Positions 35,158-42,314 of a stretch of DNA of 42,314 bases are shown here, one piece after another. The translations under genes were made by a program, and so were the position numbers. Origin of the DNA: a virus (lineage: Duplodnaviria > Caudoviricetes); IMG/VR virus record IMGVR_UViG_3300032327_000597, positions 1 through 42,314 of that record; one strand, 5' to 3'. The number at the start of each line of letters is the position of its first letter. Position 1 is the first letter of the stretch. The notes beneath the pieces are model-generated. The model did not search any database. It saw nothing but the letters and a program-made list of their open reading frames with translations, and was not told the DNA's origin.

Positions 35158-35196
35158 AAAAACAAAAAACCCTAGGTTTTTAATCTAGGGCTTTGT
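35158..35196 (-). terminator. Intrinsic terminator (attenuator) at the head of the tRNA island
   Basis: CCCTAG/CTAGGG hairpin followed by TTTTTTGTTTTT; its 5' arm overlaps an alternative 13-bp helix. Confidence 0.8.
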
Positions 35197-35219
35197 TAAA
35201 CTATAACTATTTTATATAA

Positions 35220-35348
35220 TTACGTTAACAAAACCCTCATCTCCGTCGGCTCATTACCATCACAATTTGAACTAATCACTGACCAATAGGTGGACATCAC
35301 CTGTCTGGCTATGGATAGTAATTCCAAGTGTAATGATGTTTGTAGCAT
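35220..35348 (-). CDS. Putative attenuator leader peptide (42 aa)
   Basis: MLQTSLHLELLSIARQVMSTYWSVISSNCDGNEPTEMRVLLT; its last codons form the 5' arm of the antiterminator. Confidence 0.65.
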   Translation of the reverse strand: MLQTSLHLELLSIARQVMSTYWSVISSNCDGNEPTEMRVLLT

Positions 35349-35375
35349 TTGTTTCTTAATTTCCTTAATAATTAT

Positions 35376-35404
35376 ATTATACGTTTATTTATCCCAACTG
35401 TCAA
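35376..35404 (-). promoter_or_regulatory. Main promoter of the tRNA island (sigma70 with nested TAAATA)
   Basis: TTGACA-gttgggataaataaacg-TATAAT. Confidence 0.88.
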
Positions 35405-35519
35405 TGGATTTTTGATCTTTTGGTAAATTTTGTTCTAATTTGCATACCGTACAGAACCATCTGTTGTTTCCCCACAACGGCATTAGTTCACCACCACACG
35501 CACATTTATATTGTTTCAT
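35385..35519 (-). CDS. Small zinc-ribbon protein (44 aa)
   Basis: Hand-translated MKQYKCACGGELMPLWGNNRWFCTVCKLEQ... Confidence 0.55.
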   Translation of the reverse strand: MKQYKCACGGELMPLWGNNRWFCTVCKLEQNLPKDQKSIDSWDK

Positions 35520-35604
35520 TATAATAGTACCTTTGTATAAATTCGTCAATCAAAAAATCCAACCGTAACTTAGACTCTGCTAAATTTCAGTTGGATTTTA
35601 GGTT

Positions 35605-36321
35605 TTATTTCTTTTTGTTAATCACAGCAACAAGGTATCCGTTGTGCCAATCGCTATGCTGAAGTGATATTTGAGGATGAGTACCATCACCAGTGGTTAT
35701 AATTTCAATACTGGCAACAACTTCAAGTCCTAATTCTGCAATAGCCTGTTCTGTACCGGCTTTAACTGCAACGCCGTTGTAGTCATCAACGATTAAAACA
35801 TATTGATCATCAAGAGCAGGCTGAGCAATTACAACTCCGTCGTATTGATCTTCTTGACTGTGAGGGCCATCAAACATGTAAACATTAAATTTACCAATGT
35901 CTGCATAATTGACTTTCCTAAAGTCACTGTCGATATAATTGAAATCGGCAGTATCGCCACTGGCGGCACGGAGATTCTGTTCAAACTCGCCTCTTACGCT
36001 TTCTGATGTGGCACCCCAAAGGAAATCACTCCAGTTGTCAATACACAAGGCCTTACATTTATTTCCAAATACTGCTGAGGCGGCTGTGGAGCCTTTCCAA
36101 CTGCCTACTTCTAAATATCTAGCGTTGTCTATGGAGCCCATTAGATTATTGATAAAATATCTGTATTTCTTTCCACTCATTCCATCCATGTAGCGAATAG
36201 AGTCTGGTATTTTAAAATTCATAGCAATAGAATCAAACCAAGCATTTTGTACTGCGGATGCCATTGGACTAGACCAATCACCTGTAAACTTTGTCGATGT
36301 TTCTTCGTGTAAACTTATCAT
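35605..36321 (-). CDS. Class I SAM methyltransferase (Methyltransf_24-like)
   Basis: YLEVGSWKGST, FDGPH and IVDD motifs. Confidence 0.85.
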   Translation of the reverse strand: MISLHEETSTKFTGDWSSPMASAVQNAWFDSIAMNFKIPDSIRYMDGMSGKKYRYFINNLMGSIDNARYLEVGSWKGSTAASAVFGNKCKALCIDNWSDFLWGATSESVRGEFEQNLRAASGDTADFNYIDSDFRKVNYADIGKFNVYMFDGPHSQEDQYDGVVIAQPALDDQYVLIVDDYNGVAVKAGTEQAIAELGLEVVASIEIITTGDGTHPQISLQHSDWHNGYLVAVINKKK

Positions 36322-36337
36322 TATTTTTCCTTTAATT

Positions 36338-37120
36338 TTAAAAATATCTAATGTTCAATCGTCCGGGGTAGTTAATTTCCAAACGTTCAAACGATTCATT
36401 TTTATGTGTTTCTACCCACATAGTTTTCCCCAGTGCTAAAGCTAGAGCACAGGGTGAGCTCATACTGCATACAAATAATTCGCTTCCTTGAATTACACGA
36501 GCCAATTCCATAAAGTCTGGTGTCCTATAATGCGGTACACGAATTTTAAAAATTTCCTCAAACCAGGCATGTTCGCTTTCTAAACCAACATACACTGCCT
36601 GATCTGCAAGACCTCTATTTACTAAATCTAGCCATACAGGACTTTGTCTTTCATTGCCATCTTGATATTGCGGTGCGCGAAATATAACAATAGGCCTGCC
36701 AGGAAATTTACGAACTTCTCGACATTCCATATACGGTTCTACTTGTAATTCTCTATAGTGCTTGTCCATGTCGATACCCTGTGCAAGAGCATGTTGATTA
36801 GGAAAATTGCGTGGAAAGCGGTTTGTTTCTAAATGACTTGCTGCGTTTTCTAATTCATAATCGATATGTTCACCCTTCCATGGTTTAAAGTCAGTAATGT
36901 ACGGTTGGTGCAACATAAACTCACGCATAATTTCATAGTCATGTTCTGTCATCCTTCCACTATGTCTATGACCCGGTGCAATTCTCCATCCTAATTTTTC
37001 CTTCATCATATTTTCTAGATTATGCAATCGTAGATAAAATTCGCCACCACCTAAAATTTTCACAGCTACACAACTACTAAAGGTGTCTCCTGCTGTTCCT
37101 GAATGGCTGAATGTTGTCAT
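36338..37120 (-). CDS. GT-B/GT9-like glycosyltransferase
   Basis: HSGTAGD N-terminus and ELARVIQGSELFVCSMSSP..LA; paralog of 40108-40878. Confidence 0.7.
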   Translation of the reverse strand: MTTFSHSGTAGDTFSSCVAVKILGGGEFYLRLHNLENMMKEKLGWRIAPGHRHSGRMTEHDYEIMREFMLHQPYITDFKPWKGEHIDYELENAASHLETNRFPRNFPNQHALAQGIDMDKHYRELQVEPYMECREVRKFPGRPIVIFRAPQYQDGNERQSPVWLDLVNRGLADQAVYVGLESEHAWFEEIFKIRVPHYRTPDFMELARVIQGSELFVCSMSSPCALALALGKTMWVETHKNESFERLEINYPGRLNIRYF

Positions 37121-37830
37121 ACTTTCCTTGCGTAAAATACCAACTTACCTGGGATAGGTTGTGTTACTTTTGCTACCGTAAACCCGTTTTTGTTTAAAAT
37201 GTCTGCAAATTGCTCTTCGGTAAAGAACCACAAATGTTCAGTATGCTTCCAGTGATGCTGACCCTGTGGACTAAAGTAATCAGGTAAGTCTATAATAGCT
37301 TGACCGTCTAATTTTAAAATATCCCAAACTAATGCCAACGCACTATTAACATCTATCATATGTTCTATACTATCGTGCATGGTGACAAAGTTAAAATGGC
37401 CTGGATTGAAATGAGCAGTTTCTAAAGTTCCTCTTACTGTAACAGAATTATCACCAACATTTTCGCCAGGCTCTAAACCTAAACATCGAATGTTCCTGTC
37501 AATTGCTCTATGAACAAATGCACTATTACTACTACCGATATCTAAACCTATAGACTCTTCCGGCAAATTATAAGTGTCTAATCTTAAATCTGCTACTCGG
37601 CAATCGTGCTCATATCGTTGTTCATAGGTCATTGTTCCTCTGTTTTTTTGATAATCGAGGTGATAGTCTGTTTTGTAAAAATTAAAATATTTTTCAGGAG
37701 TCCAACCTTCTAAACATTGATGAATCACCCCACACTTGTCACATCTGACTACAGATAACATGTTAACAAATAATTTTGAAAACTCTGTTTTGTTACCGCA
37801 GGTACATTTTTTAATTAAATTATTTTCCAA
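37117..37830 (-). CDS. Class I SAM methyltransferase with N-terminal zinc ribbon
   Basis: LDIGSSN, GLEP, HDSIEH and LKLDG motifs. Confidence 0.85.
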   Translation of the reverse strand: MENNLIKKCTCGNKTEFSKLFVNMLSVVRCDKCGVIHQCLEGWTPEKYFNFYKTDYHLDYQKNRGTMTYEQRYEHDCRVADLRLDTYNLPEESIGLDIGSSNSAFVHRAIDRNIRCLGLEPGENVGDNSVTVRGTLETAHFNPGHFNFVTMHDSIEHMIDVNSALALVWDILKLDGQAIIDLPDYFSPQGQHHWKHTEHLWFFTEEQFADILNKNGFTVAKVTQPIPGKLVFYARKV

Positions 37831-37832
37831 GG

Positions 37833-38672
37833 TTAATCTCTATATAAATCAGTTACATGAAATGCTGCATTTGGTATAATCATGTGTTGATACTTGTCTA
37901 GATTTTGTGTAATACAATCTGGAAAGTACTCATCTACTTTTACATACTCAAATCGTTCTGGATGACTCGGCCCATGATATCCGCATTTATTTTGAATAAA
38001 CCAATCAATGTTGTGTTTAGTAATCATCTCGAATATATCAATTTCGGTGTGTGCAAAATTTTGTATCTTAGTAATAGCATGATTATTATCTCCAAAATAT
38101 GTAAAATGCCAACCTGCATGATCAACGGATACTAAATCTTCAGGCTTAGAAACCCAAGGGAATGTGTACTCTCGTTCCTGTTGAGGATTCGTATAACAAC
38201 GAGCACGGGTAACCATAATATTAGGTTGCTTGACAATATCGTATATCTTCATATAGTTGATTTTATATTGGAGCATAGGAATAATTAGAATATAACGGCC
38301 CCAATCGTTCTCGTCTTGTTTGATCATTGTGATTGCTTCTGCACGAGGAATTTCGTCTAAGTCACTAGTAATAATAATGTCTTCTACTTTGATGTCTGTC
38401 AACCCCTTGATAAGACTATACCGTTGATATTTTTCTCTTGCCCAGCTATCCTGTGTCTCTGGCATATCGTCAACTATGACACGACGAATTTTACTCAGGT
38501 ATTTGGCAAATCGATCTTTGTTATTTTCAAAAATATATTCTTTAGATTTGCCACTATGGCTTTGATTAGACTCAGCTAAGACAAAGACGTCAACTACATC
38601 CCATAGTTCTTGCAATCTAATTTCTAAAACATCCAATTCATTAAAGAACGGAAAACAATCGTAAACTTTCAT
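37833..38672 (-). CDS. GT17-family glycosyltransferase
   Basis: VYDCFPFFNELDVLEIRL, SDLDEIP, GWHFTY and KIQNFAHTE motifs. Confidence 0.88.
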   Translation of the reverse strand: MKVYDCFPFFNELDVLEIRLQELWDVVDVFVLAESNQSHSGKSKEYIFENNKDRFAKYLSKIRRVIVDDMPETQDSWAREKYQRYSLIKGLTDIKVEDIIITSDLDEIPRAEAITMIKQDENDWGRYILIIPMLQYKINYMKIYDIVKQPNIMVTRARCYTNPQQEREYTFPWVSKPEDLVSVDHAGWHFTYFGDNNHAITKIQNFAHTEIDIFEMITKHNIDWFIQNKCGYHGPSHPERFEYVKVDEYFPDCITQNLDKYQHMIIPNAAFHVTDLYRD

Positions 38673-40108
38673 TGTGAGTCCTGTATATATTGTTGATACT
38701 GTTCTGCTAGTATCACTCGAGATTCGTTAGGTAAGCCTGGCCAATGTATAACAAAGTCGCCCTGCTCCCATTGTCCGCTGTGTCCTAATAAATCTGTGTT
38801 ATCTACATTATATATTCTATAGTCATATGAATTCAAGGCCTTCTGCGGAATCAGTTTGAATAGGTGTTGAAATTTTGGATAAAAGTCTATAACGGCCTGT
38901 TGCTCAAACCATTTGACATCGTTTTTATATTCGGTCTTTTTGCTCAATAAGAATTCCAGCCAGGCACGGGCCTGTGGGCTATTACGTACTATAAAACTAC
39001 CTGTGTTAAGTGCGTTAGTGTCTGTAGGCATAATAACGTGATAGTCGGGGTCAATTAGATCCTCTAGGGCAATGTCGAAGTTGGTAATCATAGCATCATT
39101 GTCTAACCACCATACCCAATCCAAATCTGGATTAGTCTTCATTACATCTAGTATGTGTACGAATTTGTCAAAATGCACTTGTTCAGCACTGAAGTTGTCT
39201 GTTTTGGCAATGGCCAAGTAACCGTGCTTGTTGGCATATTGTTGTTTGTTGGTCCAAGTTAATCGTGCTAGATTTTGATGGGGCTCGTTGAATATGCTGA
39301 CAATAGCAATGTTAGGAGAGATTGATTCGTCCTTCCATAATTTAGGTACACTGTTCCATAATATATCAATATCCACATAGGGATCTTTGCCAGACTCGTC
39401 CATTATGTAAAATGCTAGTCCAGGAATAGGAGAGAATAGCAACACGTCGGGCTTGTTCCATACAAGGTTAATCGACTTGTCTTCAACCCAATCAGTACCC
39501 TTTAATCTAATAATATCTTGAAAGTGGTTACGATACTTGTCATAGACGGCTCGGCTGGTCAAACAGGTATAGGTAGTATGCTTGACTGTTCTATAATGGC
39601 GATGCGGACCTAACAATAGAATACTGTCGTATATCTGACTACGGTATCGCCGAATGTCATCGTGTGGATTGATAGCAACCATCTTCTTAGTGGCAACTTC
39701 AAATTGATCTACAGTATCGATCATATCTTGGATAGCTTTTGGAACGTGTAGGTAATCGTCCTCAATGTGATACCAAAGATCTACTGCGTATGTTTCTACT
39801 AGATCATATACTCGACTCATAGTGTGAGCATTACCTGTACCGTCTTCCACAGGAATAAATTCTGTAGGAAACTTGCAATGAGATAGTATGCGTTTAATGT
39901 CTGCCACTGCTTGGGGTGTGCTGTGATCATCTAATACTGCCAATTGTATGTCGTGATTGACCACTTGATTGATACTGTTAACTAGACTGCTGACACAGGT
40001 ATTGACCAACTCGTGCTTTGGCACTTTGATGTATCGTCCAGCACCTGTGTCATTAACCATGTTAACAGTGGTGCAAGTACGTAATACAATTAATAAATTT
40101 CTTCTCAT
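38669..40108 (-). CDS. Two-domain glycosyltransferase (GT2-like plus GT34-like)
   Basis: N-half LDDHS...IEDDYLH; C-half YANKHGY, WWLDND, LNTGSF, EQ and GDFVIHWPG. Confidence 0.8.
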   Translation of the reverse strand: MRRNLLIVLRTCTTVNMVNDTGAGRYIKVPKHELVNTCVSSLVNSINQVVNHDIQLAVLDDHSTPQAVADIKRILSHCKFPTEFIPVEDGTGNAHTMSRVYDLVETYAVDLWYHIEDDYLHVPKAIQDMIDTVDQFEVATKKMVAINPHDDIRRYRSQIYDSILLLGPHRHYRTVKHTTYTCLTSRAVYDKYRNHFQDIIRLKGTDWVEDKSINLVWNKPDVLLFSPIPGLAFYIMDESGKDPYVDIDILWNSVPKLWKDESISPNIAIVSIFNEPHQNLARLTWTNKQQYANKHGYLAIAKTDNFSAEQVHFDKFVHILDVMKTNPDLDWVWWLDNDAMITNFDIALEDLIDPDYHVIMPTDTNALNTGSFIVRNSPQARAWLEFLLSKKTEYKNDVKWFEQQAVIDFYPKFQHLFKLIPQKALNSYDYRIYNVDNTDLLGHSGQWEQGDFVIHWPGLPNESRVILAEQYQQYIQDSQ

Positions 40109-40878
40109 TAGAAATAATTACCTTTAGGCTGATCTGGAAAGTAGCACTCGTTTCTTTCTAAAGGTAGATCACGACGAGCTTCACACCAGTATTCTTGTCC
40201 TAGTCCTATAGCCATGCTTAGAGCTACACTTTGATTGCCAATAAACATATCAGCACCAGCAATATATTCTGCTAGTTCCAACATAGATGTAGTGGGTTGA
40301 TAAGGAATATCCCAACCGGTAGCTGTTTTGAAAGCCTCGTATTCTTCGGGTAGTCCCAAGAATACAGCAATATCCTGTATGCCTTCACTACTCCACTTGA
40401 TCCATTGTGAGCTAAGTTCGGGTGGCAACCAACGAGAAGTTCTGTTAATTACCACAGTTCTATTGCCGTGACGCTTGGGATTAGGTACTGTAAGCCAAGG
40501 AGTAGTTCTAATTCGTGTCTGTTCTACAGGATCAGTAATATTGTACACTGTTGAGTAGACATCTACATAGTTGCCAGGATGGCCTACAAACGGCGCACGA
40601 AAGTCATCTAGATTATGAGTAATCATTGTGTTCTTGGGATCCATCGGCTCAAATTTACTAATGTATTCTTGCGCCAGCATGAAGGACTCCATAAACTCAA
40701 AATCCTTCATTGTCATACGTCCTTGATGAAAAGGCGAAGGCTTTGAACCGTAATAGCGTTGCCCAATCCAATCAATTTGATTTAGGTGAAGATAGAACTC
40801 GCCACCCCCAAAGTGCTTTACCATGGGCAGGCTGTAGACTAGGTCACCGTGAGTACCTGAGTGTTTAAATCTGTTCAT
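40108..40878 (-). CDS. GT-B/GT9-like glycosyltransferase
   Basis: HSGTHGDL N-terminus and [17 protein letters not shown]...AIGLG. Confidence 0.75.
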   Translation of the reverse strand: MNRFKHSGTHGDLVYSLPMVKHFGGGEFYLHLNQIDWIGQRYYGSKPSPFHQGRMTMKDFEFMESFMLAQEYISKFEPMDPKNTMITHNLDDFRAPFVGHPGNYVDVYSTVYNITDPVEQTRIRTTPWLTVPNPKRHGNRTVVINRTSRWLPPELSSQWIKWSSEGIQDIAVFLGLPEEYEAFKTATGWDIPYQPTTSMLELAEYIAGADMFIGNQSVALSMAIGLGQEYWCEARRDLPLERNECYFPDQPKGNYF

Positions 40879-41820
40879 CGAAGGGAATTCTCAAAATAAC
40901 GAATGGTTCGTTTAAGTCCTTCGTCTAGATCAAATGTAGGCTCCCACCCTAGCAACCGCTTGGCCTGCGTAATGTCTGGCTTGCGTTGACGAGGATCATC
41001 TTGTGGTAAGTCTTGAAATACTATCTTACTAGACGTTTTAGTAAATTCAATTACTTTCTCTGCTAGTTCAATCATGGTAAATTCGCCCGGATTGCCAATA
41101 TTAACAGGCCCGACTATTGAGTCATCACTGGCCATAAGTGCCATCATACCAGCAATATTGTCATCAACATAGCAGAAGCTACGAGTTTGACTGCCGTCAC
41201 CATAGATAGTAATGTCTTCACCCCCGCAACGCCTGTACAATAAAGTTACTGACTACTCTGCCATCATCTGGTGCCATACGGATACCAAATGTATTGAAAA
41301 TACGCATTACTTTAATCTTAACACCATGCTGTCTGTGATAGTCAAAGAACAGGGTTTCCGCGGCTCGCTTGCCTTCATCGTAGCATGAACGAATACCTAT
41401 GGGATTTACATTGCCCCAGTATGTTTCTGGCTGTGGATGAACGGTGGGGTCACCGTAGACTTCGCTTGTGCTGGCCTGTAGAATCTTTGCGCCTGTGCGT
41501 TTGGCAAGTCCCAACATGTTGTAAGCACCTAACACACTGGTCTTTAAAGTTTGAATAGGATCCTGTTGATAGTACTTGGGGCTAGCTGGACAGGCTAGGT
41601 TATAAATTTCATCTACTTCTACATACAGAGGAAAGCAAACATCTTGTCGCATGACTTCAAAATTTGGTTTATTCAAGAGATGCTGTATGTTGTCTTTACT
41701 GCCGGTAAAGTAGTTGTCGACGCACAAGACATGATGTCCTTGTTCGACCAAACGATCACACAGGTGACTACCTAAAAATCCAGCGCCACCTGTTACTAGT
41801 ATTTTTTTGACTTTTTTCAC
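40875..41820 (-). pseudogene. UDP-glucuronate decarboxylase (UXS-type NAD-dependent SDR), frameshifted
   Basis: [22 protein letters not shown] and YDEGK lie in one frame; [15 protein letters not shown]...DDPRQR lies in another. Removing one G from the G5 run (41221-41225) fuses them. Confidence 0.88.
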
Positions 41821-41873
41821 ATTATTATTTAAGTGCATACATTATTGGCACACGCATTTCTTGGCTAATACTA

Positions 41874-42314
41874 TTATTTAGGTAATCTGCCTAGTCTTTC
41901 AATTTCTTCAGCAGTACGTTTACGTACAATAAACTCAATGGCACATTCTGCGATGCTGTGATAGGTTTGATCAAACCGTTGTACATCATACATAAATGCT
42001 TGATTAATCAGTTCGACTTTTAAGATTTCTACTTTGTCTTTGTATTGGTATAATAATTCTAGTAAGTTAATACTTACAGGACTCCAACTTTGATCTTTTG
42101 AAATAGTCCACGATGTTTTGTGATCTGGATTATGATTACTCGGCCATACTCCTTGTTCGTATAGATCCTCATCTGGGATAGTAGTAATAATATGTCCGCC
42201 TGGTTTACAAATACGAATCCAATTGTCAAATGCTTCGTAAGGATCATGTAAGTGTTCTAAGCAATGGCTGCTGTGTACAAAGTCATATGACTCGTCTGTG
42301 GCATTGGCCATTAG
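41874..42314 (-). CDS. Class I SAM methyltransferase (5' end outside window)
   Basis: YDFVHSSHCLEH...RICKPGG motifs. Confidence 0.85.
   Translation of the reverse strand, partial: LMANATDESYDFVHSSHCLEHLHDPYEAFDNWIRICKPGGHIITTIPDEDLYEQGVWPSNHNPDHKTSWTISKDQSWSPVSINLLELLYQYKDKVEILKVELINQAFMYDVQRFDQTYHSIAECAIEFIVRKRTAEEIERLGRLPK

Noticed and set aside
1-42314. Alternative genetic code or suppressor tRNA
   Set aside because: Code-11 ORFs tile the window densely, TAA, TAG and TGA all end genes, and no tRNA has a CTA, TTA or TCA anticodon.
1-42314. CRISPR array
   Set aside because: No run of equal repeats with unique spacers. The repeats found are coding repeats or tRNA-derived (21-bp D-arm duplicate).

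Overview
This is a 42.3-kb segment of a large tailed-phage (jumbo, myovirus-like) genome in standard genetic code 11, transcribed almost entirely on the minus strand. It has five blocks. (1) 1-10.9 kb: virion baseplate and fibre genes, including a 2503-aa protein with a T4 gp9/gp10-like N-terminus and a C-terminal chaperone domain. (2) 11-16.5 kb: host-like auxiliary genes (degenerate sufC/sufD pair, Fe/Mn SOD, UvsE, QueD, ClpP). (3) 16.5-28.2 kb: mostly small hypothetical genes, plus a DEDDh exonuclease, a ParB-like/nuclease pair and two HExxH paralogs. (4) 28.2-35.4 kb: an RNA island with 16 tRNA genes, about 8-10 structured non-canonical RNA candidates, an RpoZ homolog and three antisense passenger genes. 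(5) 35.6-42.3 kb: a glycosyltransferase/methyltransferase cluster. Three observations stand out. First, the tRNA island begins with what looks like a ribosome-sensing attenuator: a perfect sigma70 promoter, a 42-aa leader using 18 amino acids, and overlapping antiterminator and terminator hairpins. Second, an HNH gene and an intact tRNA-Arg sit inside the anticodon arm of an older tRNA whose two halves still flank them, and a similar nuclease/tRNA-Asp module lies nearby. Third, several tRNA-shaped RNAs lack an anticodon, one of them circularly permuted. All RNA structures were folded by eye and family calls rest on recalled motifs; no searches were run.
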